From positions 1,248 through 65,247 of the forward strand of contig CAJODA010000007.1 in assembly GCA_905233745.1 (NCBI GenBank): a stretch of DNA of 64,000 bases. The letters are read 5' to 3'. The position numbers were made by a program, and so were the translations under genes. Position 1 is the stretch's first letter. Every line of letters starts with the position of its first letter. The notes beneath the pieces were generated by a model, which was given only the letters and a program-made list of their open reading frames with translations, searched no databases and was not told the origin of the DNA. The stretch is from an uncultured Bacteroidales bacterium. GTDB lineage: Bacteria > Bacteroidota > Bacteroidia > Bacteroidales > WCHB1-69. Below are positions 11,701-21,586 of this stretch, one piece after another.

Positions 11701-13091
11701 CAGACGCTTTCGGCAAACCTTACTACAAGGTGATTGGCCGTACCGCTGAAATCAAGATTATTGATGTGAAGACAGGTATTGCACTGGCTTCCGCCAACGT
11801 GCCCTACGGTTCAAATCTCTACTTCAAACATGGTGATCCCATTAAGAAGGGTGATTTGATTGCCGACTGGGATCCGTTCAACGCAGTCATCCTTTCCGAT
11901 GTGGCCGGTAAGGTCCAGTTCAATGATATCATTGAAGGTGTTACCTACCGTGTGGAGACTGATGAGCAGACCAATATTCATGACAAGGTTATTATTGAAA
12001 GCCGTCTTAAAACGAAGAACCCGAGTATCTCCATTTTGGATAAGCATGGCGAGGTGATCAAGAGCTTCGACGTGCCCGTGGGTGCCCGTCTCTCCGTGGA
12101 AGAGGGCGATGAAATCGATTCCGGTGAGATTCTGGTCAAGATTCTCCGTTCCTTCGGTAAGTCTGGCGATATCACGGGCGGTCTGCCGCGCGTGACGGAG
12201 CTGTTTGAGGCTCGTAACCCGTCAGATCCTGCTGTGGTTTCCGAAATCGATGGTGTGGTTTCCTTCGAGAAGAAACTGAAACGTGGTAACCGTGTGGTTC
12301 GTATTACTCCGCGTAACGACGAGAACGGCGAAGGTGCCAAGACTTATCTCATCCCGACCTCCAAGCAGATTCTGGCTCAGGAGAATGACTTTGTGAAAGC
12401 GGGTACGCCGCTGTCCGAAGGTTCGCTCACCCCGGTGGATATTCTGAATATCAAGGGCGCCCAGAAAGTGCAGGAGTATATCATCAATGAAATCCAGGAG
12501 GTTTACCGTCTCCAGGGTGTGAAGATTAACGACAAGCATTTTGAGGTGATTGTACGCCAGATGATGCGTAAGATGGAAATCGAGGATCCGGGTGACACCA
12601 AATTCTTGCAAGGCGAGCTGATCAACAAGATTGACTTCCAAGAGGAGAATGACATCATTTGGGATAAGAAAGTGGTGGAAGATCCGGGCGATTCCGATGA
12701 GGTTCGCAGAGGTCAAATCATCAGTGCCAAGAAGTTGCGTGATGTCAACTCCATCCTGAAACGTAAGGATATGAAACTGGTTCAAGTGCGTGATGCACGT
12801 CCTGCTACAGGTAAGCCCATTCTTCAAGGTATCACGCGTGCTTCCCTGCAAACCCACAGTTTCATTTCCGCTGCATCCTTCCAGGAAACCACCAAGGTGC
12901 TTACTGAGGCTGCCATCAACGCCAAGTCTGACAACCTGATCGGTATGAAGGAGAATGTCATCGTGGGCCAGAAGATTCCTGCCGGTACCGGTATCCGCAG
13001 ATATCAGACCATTGAGGTCGGTTCCAAAGAGGAATACGAGTCCCTGATGGCTTCCAAAGAGGAGGAGCTGATTGAAGAAATGAGTAATTAA
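8781..13091 (+). CDS. rpoC: DNA-directed RNA polymerase subunit beta'
   Basis: RpoC motifs including [15 protein letters not shown] at 8781 (MALKKD...) is preferred over the upstream TTG of the ORF track. Confidence 0.98.
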   Translation: MALKKDSNTRKEFQKITISLASPETILQQSHGEVLKPETINYRTYKPERDGLFCEKIFGPTKDWECHCGKYKRIRYKGITCDRCGVEVTERKVRRERMGHIQLVVPVAHIWFFKSLPNKIGALLGLSSKEIDAVIYYEKYIVIQPGVAESENVKKNTLLTEEEYYEVVDTIPSDNKLLDDNDPNKFVAKMGAEALYDLLCKVDLDAESYELRDRANNETSQQRKKDLLKRLHVFESFRDSRKRAENRPEWMIIKIVPVIPPEIRPLVPLDGGRFATSDLNDLYRRVIIRNNRLKRLVEIKAPDVIMRNEKRMLQEAVDSLFDNSKKSSAVKSDSNRALKSLSDSLKGKQGRFRQNLLGKRVDYSGRSVIVVGPDLHLNECGLPKDMAAELFKPFVIRKILERGIVKTVKSAKKIVDRKDPVVWEILENILKGHPVLLNRAPTLHRLGIQAFQPRLVEGKAIRLHPLCCTAFNADFDGDQMAVHVPLGNAAIMEAQMLMMASHNILNPANGAPVTVPSQDMVLGLYYITKELPSTPDHKVKGEGGVFYGPEEVMIAYNEKKVHLNAKIKCRVDVDGKGTLKIIDTTVGRVMFNQVVPKEYGYINMLLTKKALRDTIGDVLNKCGNKVCAQFLDDIMSLGYRMAFEGGLSFNLGDVIIPKQKPEFIAEANAQVDEITMNYNMGFITNTERYNQVIDVWSQCNARLSKILMKEIEEDRQGFNPVHMMRDSGARGSAEQIRQLSGMRGLMAKPSKAGSSGGEIIENPILSNFKEGLSVQEYFISTHGARKGLADTALKTADAGYLTRRLVDVSHDVIIMEEDCGTLRGMTVSALKKNEEVVETLYDRLLGRVTLHDVYHPQTGELIIKAGEELTEEYCQMIEDSPIEEVEIRSVPTCESKHGICQKCYGRNLATGKMVQIGEAVGVIAAQSIGEPGTQLTLRTFHVGGVAGNVAANSSIQATYDGVLSVDELRALDKTDAFGKPYYKVIGRTAEIKIIDVKTGIALASANVPYGSNLYFKHGDPIKKGDLIADWDPFNAVILSDVAGKVQFNDIIEGVTYRVETDEQTNIHDKVIIESRLKTKNPSISILDKHGEVIKSFDVPVGARLSVEEGDEIDSGEILVKILRSFGKSGDITGGLPRVTELFEARNPSDPAVVSEIDGVVSFEKKLKRGNRVVRITPRNDENGEGAKTYLIPTSKQILAQENDFVKAGTPLSEGSLTPVDILNIKGAQKVQEYIINEIQEVYRLQGVKINDKHFEVIVRQMMRKMEIEDPGDTKFLQGELINKIDFQEENDIIWDKKVVEDPGDSDEVRRGQIISAKKLRDVNSILKRKDMKLVQVRDARPATGKPILQGITRASLQTHSFISAASFQETTKVLTEAAINAKSDNLIGMKENVIVGQKIPAGTGIRRYQTIEVGSKEEYESLMASKEEELIEEMSN

Positions 13092-13110
13092 TAAAGAAAG
13101 GACAACTATT

Positions 13111-13407
13111 ATGCCTGAACAGAAAATAGACATCAATTTGCCTGAGGAGGTAGCTCAAGGGATATATTCCAATTTGGCTATCATCTCGCACTCCAATACG
13201 GAGTTCATCGTGGACTTTGTTTCCATGTTGCCGGGTGTGCAGAAGGGCACGGTGCGTTCACGCGTCATCATGACGCCCCAGAATACGAAGAGACTCTTGA
13301 ATGCTTTGGCTGACAATGTCTCCAAGTTCGAGGAGCAGAACGGTGTCATTGTGGACAATCCGCAAGGTGCCATACCGCCTATGATGAATGGTGGTGGCTT
13401 GGCTTAA
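13111..13407 (+). CDS. Small conserved protein of unknown function (DUF3467-like), co-transcribed with rpoBC
   Basis: 98 aa, starts 19 nt after the rpoC stop and is followed by a strong hairpin. Family recalled from memory, not verified. Confidence 0.7.
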   Translation: MPEQKIDINLPEEVAQGIYSNLAIISHSNTEFIVDFVSMLPGVQKGTVRSRVIMTPQNTKRLLNALADNVSKFEEQNGVIVDNPQGAIPPMMNGGGLA

Positions 13408-13448
13408 GAATATTGAAAAACGTTCAAATTCTTATAATATTAATGATG

Positions 13449-13478
13449 AAAAGGGTAGAGCTTCGGCTCTACCCTTTT
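13449..13478. terminator. Bidirectional intrinsic terminator between the rpoBC operon and convergent fba
   Basis: AAAAGGGTAGAGC-TTCG-GCTCTACCCTTTT: 13-bp stem flanked by A and T runs. Confidence 0.75.
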
Positions 13479-13489
13479 GTTGTTTGGAT

Positions 13490-14566
13490 TTACAGTCTGT
13501 CAAGGCAGTTGAGGTCGCTGAAGGCAATCTTCAGTCTTTCTACCACTGACTTCTCGCCTTCGCGGAGGAAGGCTCTGGGATCGTAGTATTTCTTGTTAGG
13601 CTTGTCTTCGCCTTCGGGGTTGCCGATTTGCGCTTGCAGGTAGCCTTCGTTTTTCTTGTAGTACTTCATGATACCCTCCCAGAAAGCCCATTGGGTGTCG
13701 GTGTCGATGTTCATCTTCACCACGCCATATTGGATGGCCTCTTTGATTTTGGCGGGTTCGGAACCGGAGCCGCCATGGAATACGAAGTTGACCGGGTTGG
13801 GTTGGGTGTTGTACTTCTTCTGGATAAACTCCTGGGAGTTGTGCAGGATGATGGGCTCGAGTTTCACGTTGCCGGGTTTGTACACGCCGTGCACATTGCC
13901 AAAGGAGGCTGCAATGGTGAAGTTGGGGCTGATTTTGCTCAGCTCTTCGTAGGCGTATGCCACGTCTTCGGGTTGGGTGTAAAGACGGGAACTGTCGATG
14001 CCGGTGTTGTCGACGCCGTCTTCTTCGCCGCCCGTGATGCCGAGTTCGATTTCGAGCGTCATCTCAATTTTCGACATGCGGGTCAGATACTGCTTGCAGA
14101 TTTCGATATTCTCCTTCAATGGCTCTTCGGAAAGATCGAGCATGTGGGAGCTGAACAGCGGTTTGCCGTGCTGGGCGTAGTATTTCTCGCCAGCATCGAG
14201 AAGGCCGTCAATCCAGGGGAGCAGCTTTTTTGCCGCGTGGTCGGTGTGCAAGACCACAGGAATGCCGTACATCTCAGCCATCTGATGGACATGCATGGCG
14301 CCGGAGATGGTTCCCTTAATGGCCGCTGCCTGATTGTCGTTGCTCAATGACTTGCCGGCGTAGAACACGCCACCGCCATTGGAGAATTGTATCATCACCG
14401 GAGAATTGACCGTTTTGGCAGCTTCCATAACCGCGTTGATGGAGTTGGTGCCCACAACATTGACTGCGGGCAATGCGAAATGCTCTTCTTTAGCGATTTT
14501 GAAAATCTCTTGCAGATCTTTTCCATAAACCACGCCTGGTTTAACTTTTTCTAAGATTTTTCCCAT
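13490..14566 (-). CDS. fba: Class II fructose-bisphosphate aldolase
   Basis: 358 aa, class IIa FBA sequence (FALPAVNVVGTNS, HTDHAAKK, FVFHGGSGS). Confidence 0.95.
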   Translation of the reverse strand: MGKILEKVKPGVVYGKDLQEIFKIAKEEHFALPAVNVVGTNSINAVMEAAKTVNSPVMIQFSNGGGVFYAGKSLSNDNQAAAIKGTISGAMHVHQMAEMYGIPVVLHTDHAAKKLLPWIDGLLDAGEKYYAQHGKPLFSSHMLDLSEEPLKENIEICKQYLTRMSKIEMTLEIELGITGGEEDGVDNTGIDSSRLYTQPEDVAYAYEELSKISPNFTIAASFGNVHGVYKPGNVKLEPIILHNSQEFIQKKYNTQPNPVNFVFHGGSGSEPAKIKEAIQYGVVKMNIDTDTQWAFWEGIMKYYKKNEGYLQAQIGNPEGEDKPNKKYYDPRAFLREGEKSVVERLKIAFSDLNCLDRL

Positions 14567-14612
14567 TTTTTTGATTATTTAATTGATTAGTGAATAATTG
14601 TCTCTGTAGGCA

Positions 14613-14948
14613 TCATTTCTTTTTGTTTTTCCGTTTCCTTTCCCATAACCAAAACAGGATACTGCCAGCTGTGCTGATTATGGAGGTGAGTCTGGATACG
14701 TCCACTGTTCCGGGGAGCTTGTTGGCGATGAGGGAGAGCGCCTCTTTTCCTCCGGTGCGCACTTTGCTGCCCGTTTTCCGGATGCCTTTCACGGTTTTCC
14801 ACAAGCGTTTCAGGGTCTCCATATCCTCTTGGTAGGCATCGAAGTCCTTGACAAGAATCTCCTCTTGCCGTTCGATTTTAAGACGCAGTTCCTTCTTGCG
14901 GTTCTCTATGTCCTGAAGGCTTTCAAAGCGGTTTTTATTCATTATCAC
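14613..14948 (-). CDS. Hypothetical coiled-coil protein with C-terminal membrane anchor
   Basis: 111 aa ORF overlapping the stop of the upstream gene by 14 nt. Third gene of a small three-gene unit. Confidence 0.5.
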   Translation of the reverse strand: MIMNKNRFESLQDIENRKKELRLKIERQEEILVKDFDAYQEDMETLKRLWKTVKGIRKTGSKVRTGGKEALSLIANKLPGTVDVSRLTSIISTAGSILFWLWERKRKNKKK

Positions 14949-15360
14949 CTCCTTTCTCTTCCGTTACTTCCGTGAATTCAGCAGTGGTGTCTGTTTCGTT
15001 TTTCTCCGGGTAGAAAATACGGCTGAATTTGCGGATGAAAGGACGGACAAACAATCTGTCGCGCATCATCAGAACCACCACGATGATGAGGATGAAAACG
15101 GCACAGACGATGGTGTATGCCCATGCGGCATTCAGAGCAAGGGTCAGCCAGCTGATCAGTGCAGAAGAGAGGTAAATCAGGACCGCCAGTGCACAAACCA
15201 CGACAATAACGATTGACAGAATAACCGAGAGCATCTGCGATGACTTCTCAATAAGCTCCAGCTTGAGAAGGTCGTAGCGCTGCGACAGATATACTTTTAA
15301 ATCCCGGTAGGTACGCTTGTCGCGTTTTGACCTGCCGAGAATATTACTGAAGATGTCCAT
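14935..15360 (-). CDS. Membrane protein with two TM helices, holin-X/DUF1469-like
   Basis: 141 aa with two long hydrophobic helices, following a YtxH-like gene. Confidence 0.6.
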   Translation of the reverse strand: MDIFSNILGRSKRDKRTYRDLKVYLSQRYDLLKLELIEKSSQMLSVILSIVIVVVCALAVLIYLSSALISWLTLALNAAWAYTIVCAVFILIIVVVLMMRDRLFVRPFIRKFSRIFYPEKNETDTTAEFTEVTEEKGGDNE

Positions 15361-15372
15361 ATCTGCGGGGCT

Positions 15373-15603
15373 CTATTCCTGATCGTCCTCTGTTTCGAAC
15401 AGATCATCCTCAATGTCAGCCTCTGTTGGAGCGTTTTTGCGTTGACATTTCAGTTTTTCAATAAGTTTGTCGATTTCTTCCTTTGACAAGTTTTTGGCTA
15501 CTTGTTCACGGATTTTTTTACCCTTTTCGGTTGTGCAAAGGAGGGTGATGCCTGTGGCGGCAGCTGCGCCGGCCAAGAATGCGAAAATTTCTGAAGCTTT
15601 CAT
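15373..15603 (-). CDS. YtxH-like small membrane-anchored protein
   Basis: 76 aa. N-terminal TM segment (FAFLAGAAAATGITLL) followed by a charged helix, as in YtxH domain proteins. Confidence 0.6.
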   Translation of the reverse strand: MKASEIFAFLAGAAAATGITLLCTTEKGKKIREQVAKNLSKEEIDKLIEKLKCQRKNAPTEADIEDDLFETEDDQE

Positions 15604-15698
15604 AATAATGTTGTTTTTAATTTGAGACGAATCACGTCTGTTAGTTAATAATTGACAATTAATAAATTCGTAGGGGTACCAAGATACACCTATTTATG

Positions 15699-17795
15699 TT
15701 ATACATCATATCCGATGCGTTCCACCTTTTCTATCCGGTCGATTTTCTGAAGCGAATGGATGAGGTCGGTAAGGGCGCGCACACTTTGGATGTAGAGCAT
15801 CAACGTTCCGTTGAAGACATTGTTTTTCGTTTCGATATTTAATGAGCGAATATTGAGGTCCATCTGGGAGGAGACCACATCGATGATTTCCTTGATCATG
15901 CCTTTCCGGTCGAAGCCGGAGATGCGGATTCCGGAAAGGAAGGCGATGTGTTGTCCTTTGCGCCACTTTGTTTTAATGATGCGGTTGCCGAATTTTGACA
16001 TCTGCTCGATAGCGTGCGGGCAGTTGGTCTGGTGCACCACGATTTTATCGTCCGCCACCTGGAATCCCACCACCTGGTCGCCGGGAATGGGATTGCAGCA
16101 GTCAGCCAGCACATATTTGATGATGTCGTATTTTTCATCCAGCATGAACACGTTTGGAGTGGCCGTGAGCTGTTCGTCGATCAATTCGTCCAGGGACTTG
16201 TTGGAGATCTCCTCCGACACTTTCTGTTGGAACTTTCTGAGTTCCGCGTTTTCGTCAGATTCTTTCTGGGATTCGGACGAGAGCCTTGTCTGCTCCGTTT
16301 TCAGGAAATCGCGAATACTGCGGCGGGCCTTCGGCGTTCTGACCAGTTCCAACCATTCCGGTTTCGGGGTCTGCTTTTTGGAGGTGATTATCTCCACCTG
16401 GTCGCCGTTTTCGAGAACTTTGTCCACAGGTACGATATTGTAGTTGACCTTGGCGCCGATGCAGTGGTCGCCGAGGTTGGTGTGCAGGGCATAGGCCATG
16501 TCGAGCACACTTGCGCCGGCGGGCAGCGACTTCATGTCCCCTTTCGGGGTGAATACATAAACCTCCTTGAGGCCGAGGTTGAGTTTCACCTCGTTAAGGA
16601 AGTCCAGCGCGTCAGAATCCTTGCTGTTCAGGATTTCGCGCGTTTTGCTCAGCCAGTCCTCCAGGCGGTCGTTGACGTCGGCATCTTCTGTTGCCTCCCC
16701 ATCCTCTTTGTACTTGTAGTGGGCGGCGAGACCCTTTTCCGCAATCTCGTCCATGCGCCTGGAACGAATCTGCACCTCGACCCATCGGCCGGCCTTGCTC
16801 ATGGCCGTCACATGCAGAGACTGGTATCCGTTGGCTTTCGGGTGGGTCAGGAAGTTGCGGTCGCGTTTCGGGTTGGTTTGGTAAAGCATGCAGACTATCC
16901 GGTAGATTTTCCAGCATATCTCAAACTCTTCGTCAGCGGGACTGTCGAACACGAAGCGTACGGCAAAGATGTCGTAAATGTCTTCGAAGTTCACTTTTTT
17001 GCGCAGCATCTTCTGGTTGATGGAGTAGATGGACTTTGTGCGGGAGGAGACTTCCGCATGGATGCCATTGGCCAGAAGGCTTTCCTGTATAGGTTTGACG
17101 AATTCCGCGATGAGGGTGGCACGCTCCTCCTCGGTCTCTTTCATCTTGGCGGCTATATTGTAATATTCGGCAGGGTCCGTGTAGCGCATGGCATAGTCTT
17201 CCAGCTCGCTCTTGATGGAGTAGAGGCCCAGACGGTGGGCGAAGGGCACGTAGAAATAAGAAGTCTCGGAGGCAATCTTCAGCTGTTTTTCCGGCGGCAT
17301 GGACTCCAAAGTGCGCATGTTGTGCAGCCGGTCGGCCAGCTTGATGAGGATCACGCGCACGTCTTTCGACATGGAGAGGAAGATTTTGCGGAAGTTCTCC
17401 GCCTGTATGGAACTGCTGCGGTCATCCAGCACCAGGTCTTCGATTTTTGTCAGTCCGTCAATGATCTCTGCCACAGTGTCGCCGAACATGTCACGCATGT
17501 CATCCAGCGTGTATTCAGTGTCTTCCACGACGTCGTGCAGGAGGGCGCAGACCACGGAGGTGGCGCCAAGGTTCATTTCCTTGCAGCAAATCATAGCCAC
17601 CGCAATCGGGTGGTATATGTATGGCTCGCCGCTTTTGCGGCGCACTCCGTTGTGGGCGTTGGTTGCCAGAACGAAAGCCTTGCGTATCTGTTTCCGTTGC
17701 TCCTCATTTGTCTTGTGATACAAAACAGACAACAGCTCTCGGTACTTCCTGACAATAGTCGTGTTCTCTAATTTTTCGTCAGCGATGTATGACAT
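15699..17795 (-). CDS. Bifunctional (p)ppGpp synthetase/hydrolase, RelA/SpoT (RSH) family
   Basis: 698 aa. HD hydrolase motif HDVVEDT, synthetase region (YQSLHVT ... VEVQIRS), TGS and ACT-like C-terminus. Confidence 0.95.
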   Translation of the reverse strand: MSYIADEKLENTTIVRKYRELLSVLYHKTNEEQRKQIRKAFVLATNAHNGVRRKSGEPYIYHPIAVAMICCKEMNLGATSVVCALLHDVVEDTEYTLDDMRDMFGDTVAEIIDGLTKIEDLVLDDRSSSIQAENFRKIFLSMSKDVRVILIKLADRLHNMRTLESMPPEKQLKIASETSYFYVPFAHRLGLYSIKSELEDYAMRYTDPAEYYNIAAKMKETEEERATLIAEFVKPIQESLLANGIHAEVSSRTKSIYSINQKMLRKKVNFEDIYDIFAVRFVFDSPADEEFEICWKIYRIVCMLYQTNPKRDRNFLTHPKANGYQSLHVTAMSKAGRWVEVQIRSRRMDEIAEKGLAAHYKYKEDGEATEDADVNDRLEDWLSKTREILNSKDSDALDFLNEVKLNLGLKEVYVFTPKGDMKSLPAGASVLDMAYALHTNLGDHCIGAKVNYNIVPVDKVLENGDQVEIITSKKQTPKPEWLELVRTPKARRSIRDFLKTEQTRLSSESQKESDENAELRKFQQKVSEEISNKSLDELIDEQLTATPNVFMLDEKYDIIKYVLADCCNPIPGDQVVGFQVADDKIVVHQTNCPHAIEQMSKFGNRIIKTKWRKGQHIAFLSGIRISGFDRKGMIKEIIDVVSSQMDLNIRSLNIETKNNVFNGTLMLYIQSVRALTDLIHSLQKIDRIEKVERIGYDV

Positions 17796-17839
17796 GGGAT
17801 GAATGAGTTGTATTAGTTGGGGCGGCTTTTTTGGCTGCC

Positions 17840-19729
17840 TTAGTTTTTAATGATTTTCTTTGTTACAAAATTCGTGCCATCATTAAAGCGGAGTATGTAG
17901 CATCCTGAAGGCAGGGAGGTGAGGTTGAGCATGTTGACACCGGACTGCAGGATGTCGTTGGAAACGGTCCGGCCTGTGAGATCGAAGACGGTGCAATTCA
18001 CGTGTTGTACATCGCTCTGCACGGACACATAGAATGTGCCATCTGTGGGGTTGGGAAATACAGAGTAGTGAGAAGACGGGGTGGAGAGATGCTCTTCCAC
18101 ACCTGTGGTATTGAGTGCCATGAGCACGGCTTGGTAGGCATTGACTTTCCCGTGGCCGAAACGCTCAACGCCGGCAGCTGCGGTCTTGGCGTCGTTGGTG
18201 GCTGTTTCGGCTATGATTTCCCGAATCTGGTTTACGGTAAGATAAGGATTGGCCTGCAGTATGAGGGCCACCACACCTGCCACGAACGGACATGACATGG
18301 AGGTGCCGTCCAACGAGGCAAACTTATAGTTACGGCCATTAAAATCAACGGTGGTAACATAGTTGCCACTGAACACGTTGGTGTAGGAGGAGATGGCGGA
18401 GACCACGCCCTTGCCGGGAGCGGAAATGTCCGGCTTCATGACGTCATGGAAACCAGGACCTGAGCTGGAGAAGTCGGCGATATTGCCGCCAAAGGAATAT
18501 CCGTCACCATAGTAGTGTGTGGCCTGGTGGGCAGCCACAGTGATGACTTCGTCAATATTGCCCGGTGTGCTGAGGCCATAGAGGTTGTCGCCGGCAATCC
18601 AGTCGGGATGTGCGGAAGGTTTCACGAAGGAAACACCCGTGTTGCCCCAAGCCTTGGTAAGCTCAATCACATTCCAGGCATGGAATTCTCCTTGCGCGGC
18701 AGTCACAGCCAAGCCGAATTTGTAGCGAGTGTCCTTCTTCACAATCAGTCGGGCCGCCGGTGCATCATTATATTCGTTCGTGGCGCGGATCTCATAGCTA
18801 TATAGTAGTGTGTCGCCATTCACTACGATGAACGTGTCCAAAGTGGCGTCTCCGTCCGCGGTATATAAAAACGGTGTAGCTGCGATGATGTTATAGGAGT
18901 TGTCCATCACCATCATGGAGAACTTGAACGGACTGTTAGCGGAATTCGTCATGGAGATGGAAGAGCCCCAAAGGTTGTTATAGGAGTATGGGGTTTGCAT
19001 ACAGGTGCGCATGGTGTCTCCTGGATTCTGCGAAAAATCGTATTTCACATGGAAGTTCTCATCCCCGTTGTTGCCGGCGGAGGTCACGAACACCACACCC
19101 AGGTCAGTGAGACGGCGAACCTCGTCGGCCAGAGCACCTGTGCCATCCATGTTGTCCAGCGTATAGACGCCCCAGCTCATGCTGATGACGAGGCGCTTAC
19201 CCTCTTGCTGGGCCACGTTGTACATCCAGTTCCAGGCATCAATCACATTCTGGGCAGTGATATCAAAGGTGGCGAACAGGAATTCTGCCTCCGGAGCCAC
19301 ACCACGATATACTGTACCTGCGCCCGCACCACCCGCAATGGAGGCACAGTGCGTGCCGTGATAGCCGTAATCGTAGGGATTGACAGTGTCACAATGGGCG
19401 TTCAGCAACTCCTCCGCACCCACATATTCCGTACCGTAGTCATAACCCGCCGGAGCAGGGCCCGACTTCTTGTACTGGTCCCATGCCCGCAGCACGCGGT
19501 AGTGGGTCATGGTGGTGTCGTAAAACACCGGGTGGGTGTAGTCAAAGCCCCAGTCGGTGACACCGATAATGACACCCTCCCCGTTAAAACCTTGCGGGAG
19601 CCCCAAGCCGGCCCAAACGCTGTCAACACGTCCGTCGGGCACCGCCTTGTTCAGCCACGCCTGTCCGTGAGCCAGCGCCATGCCGGATAATATCATGATA
19701 AGTAGCAAACATTTTTTCATAACGGTCAT
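17840..19729 (-). CDS. Subtilisin-family (S8) serine peptidase with T9SS C-terminal sorting domain
   Basis: Signal peptide. Catalytic Asp (VTDWGFD), His (HGTHCAS) and Ser (GTSMSCPF). C-terminus VFPNPTDGTFYV ... GCYILRF ... KKIIKN is typical of a T9SS CTD. Confidence 0.9.
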   Translation of the reverse strand: MTVMKKCLLLIMILSGMALAHGQAWLNKAVPDGRVDSVWAGLGLPQGFNGEGVIIGVTDWGFDYTHPVFYDTTMTHYRVLRAWDQYKKSGPAPAGYDYGTEYVGAEELLNAHCDTVNPYDYGYHGTHCASIAGGAGAGTVYRGVAPEAEFLFATFDITAQNVIDAWNWMYNVAQQEGKRLVISMSWGVYTLDNMDGTGALADEVRRLTDLGVVFVTSAGNNGDENFHVKYDFSQNPGDTMRTCMQTPYSYNNLWGSSISMTNSANSPFKFSMMVMDNSYNIIAATPFLYTADGDATLDTFIVVNGDTLLYSYEIRATNEYNDAPAARLIVKKDTRYKFGLAVTAAQGEFHAWNVIELTKAWGNTGVSFVKPSAHPDWIAGDNLYGLSTPGNIDEVITVAAHQATHYYGDGYSFGGNIADFSSSGPGFHDVMKPDISAPGKGVVSAISSYTNVFSGNYVTTVDFNGRNYKFASLDGTSMSCPFVAGVVALILQANPYLTVNQIREIIAETATNDAKTAAAGVERFGHGKVNAYQAVLMALNTTGVEEHLSTPSSHYSVFPNPTDGTFYVSVQSDVQHVNCTVFDLTGRTVSNDILQSGVNMLNLTSLPSGCYILRFNDGTNFVTKKIIKN

Positions 19730-19740
19730 TTTTATAGTTG

Positions 19741-20259
19741 TTAATCTTTCACTCTGAAATTCAGTTCCTGGAGAAAAGCGCGAATCTCGGGGTTTTGTTC
19801 CTCCAGGTTACGGAGTTTGTCTTCCGCACTGTATATGATTTTCTTCATCTCCAATTGTTCGTTGACGAGGATTTCGAGGTCAACGACATCGATGGAGAAG
19901 TGGTTCCGCCAATATTCGAGTACGGAGCGTTTGCGCATCTCGTACTGCTCTTTTTGGAAATCATTCAGCACCTCGACCTTCAACACGCCATCTTCCAGTG
20001 CCGGGATTTTATCCTTTAGGGGATGGTATATCATGGGGTTGGAAGAGAATATCTCCTCAAACATGGTGCGCCAGCAGGTTTCAAAATCCTCCGGAGCCTT
20101 TTCTGTGGCTTCCGGGGTGTTCGTGGAGTCCATGGTTGCAGCAGGGGACTCTGGTGCAGGTGCTTCCTGCGTCACATTCTCCGGTCCGGGGGGTGGGGCT
20201 TTGGGTGCGGAGGTTTCAGCAGGCCGTGGAGCCTCAAGCACATCACGGATGGACGGCAT
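19741..20259 (-). CDS. dnaX: C-terminal (tau-like) portion of DNA polymerase III subunit DnaX, in a different frame from the N-terminal ORF
   Basis: Pro/Ala/Glu-rich linker followed by a conserved-looking C-terminal domain. This frame is open upstream to 20427, overlapping the end of the N-terminal dnaX ORF. Confidence 0.7.
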   Translation of the reverse strand: MPSIRDVLEAPRPAETSAPKAPPPGPENVTQEAPAPESPAATMDSTNTPEATEKAPEDFETCWRTMFEEIFSSNPMIYHPLKDKIPALEDGVLKVEVLNDFQKEQYEMRKRSVLEYWRNHFSIDVVDLEILVNEQLEMKKIIYSAEDKLRNLEEQNPEIRAFLQELNFRVKD

Positions 20260-20377
20260 TTGCCGGATTGGCGGTGTGCCCGGATATTTGAATGTCTGGT
20301 TTGAGATTCTCGGCTTATCGGATAGAACTTCGGCTGCCGTAGTTTTTTCCGTGGTGGATGCCGTCCCACCCTCTGGG

Positions 20378-21505
20378 TTATTTACGCTCCTGCGATTGCC
20401 TCGCCTTTTTGAACAGATAGTTGGCGTTTATCTGCAGGAGGCACAACTCCACCGCCAGCCGCTTGTTGTTTGACATCTTGTAGTTGAAGTCGCACTGGCT
20501 GGCCAGTTCCATGGCCCGTAGCAGCAGCTGTTTGTCCACTATCTGTGCCTGCTGCAGCAGTCGTGACTTGGTGTTGTCGGAAGTTTCCAGCAGCTGCACG
20601 GTTGCGGGAGTTTTGGCCATCAGCAAGTTGCGGAAGTGGGCGGCCAGCCCTGCTATGAAATGCTGTGCTTCAAATCCTTTGGCAAGGATGTCATCGAATA
20701 GCAGCAGGGCAGGGGATGGGTCGTCGTTAAAAAGGAAATCTGTGACCTTGAAGTAGTTGTCGACATCCAGAACGTTGAGGTTCTCGATAGTGGCCTTGTA
20801 AGTGATGTTTTTGCCGGAGAAGCTTACCAGCTGGTCGAAGATGGAGAGTGCGTCGCGCAGTGCCCCGTCGGCTTTTTCAGCCACCACATGAAGGGCCTCT
20901 TCTTCGGCGGTTACGCCCTCCTGTTGGGCGACGTAGCGGAGGTGGTTGGTGATGTCTTTCTCGTTAATACGCTTGAAATCATAAACTTGGCAACGAGACA
21001 GAATGGTAGGGATGATTTTATGTTTCTCGGTGGTGGCCATGATGAACTTGGCGTACGCGGGGGGCTCCTCAAGGGTTTTGAGGAAGGCGTTGAAGGCGGC
21101 GCCGGAGAGCATGTGGACCTCATCGATGATATAGACCTTGTATTTGGCTCCCTGCGGGGAGATGCGCACCTGTTCCACCAGCGAGCGTATATCCTCCACG
21201 GAGTTGTTGGAGGCGGCGTCCAGCTCGAAGACATTGAAGGAGGCTGAGTTGTTGAATGAGCGGCAGGAATCGCACTCATTGCACGGCTCGCAGTCAGCGG
21301 TCAGCTGCTGGCAGTTGAGGGCCTTGGCGAAGATACGCGCGCAGGTGGTCTTGCCCACACCTCGAGGTCCGCAGAAAAGGAAGGCCTGGGCCACTTGGCC
21401 GGTCTTGATTGCGTTCTTCAGGGTGGAGGTGATTGATTCCTGCCCCACCACGGAGTTGAAGGTGGTGGGTCTGTATTTTCGGGCGGAAACGATGAAATTG
21501 TCCAT
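20378..21505 (-). CDS. dnaX: DNA polymerase III subunit gamma/tau, N-terminal domains I-III (gamma-length product)
   Basis: AAA+ clamp-loader motifs (GPRGVGKTT, Zn module CQQLTADCEPCNECDSC, IIDEVHML, SRC). ATG at 21505 is chosen because a TATATTTG box at 21531-21538 lies inside the longer ORF. Confidence 0.9.
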   Translation of the reverse strand: MDNFIVSARKYRPTTFNSVVGQESITSTLKNAIKTGQVAQAFLFCGPRGVGKTTCARIFAKALNCQQLTADCEPCNECDSCRSFNNSASFNVFELDAASNNSVEDIRSLVEQVRISPQGAKYKVYIIDEVHMLSGAAFNAFLKTLEEPPAYAKFIMATTEKHKIIPTILSRCQVYDFKRINEKDITNHLRYVAQQEGVTAEEEALHVVAEKADGALRDALSIFDQLVSFSGKNITYKATIENLNVLDVDNYFKVTDFLFNDDPSPALLLFDDILAKGFEAQHFIAGLAAHFRNLLMAKTPATVQLLETSDNTKSRLLQQAQIVDKQLLLRAMELASQCDFNYKMSNNKRLAVELCLLQINANYLFKKARQSQERK

Positions 21506-21530
21506 AAGAATCCATTTATAAAACGAGCTG

Positions 21531-21538
21531 CAAATATA
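21531..21538 (-). promoter_or_regulatory. -7 box TATATTTG upstream of dnaX
   Basis: Exact TAnnTTTG match, 26 nt upstream of the preferred ATG. Confidence 0.45.
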
Positions 21539-21586
21539 CAAAAAACGGGCGGCTCAGCCAAAAGTATCAGGGTATAAAATTTTTTA

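Noticed and set aside
16014-17771. 585-aa ORF antisense to the RelA/SpoT gene
   Set aside because: It is codon-for-codon antisense to a clearly real gene, and its product is low-complexity (Val/Gly/His/Leu-rich) with no recognisable motif. Long antisense ORFs are expected when the sense gene avoids TTA, CTA and TCA codons.
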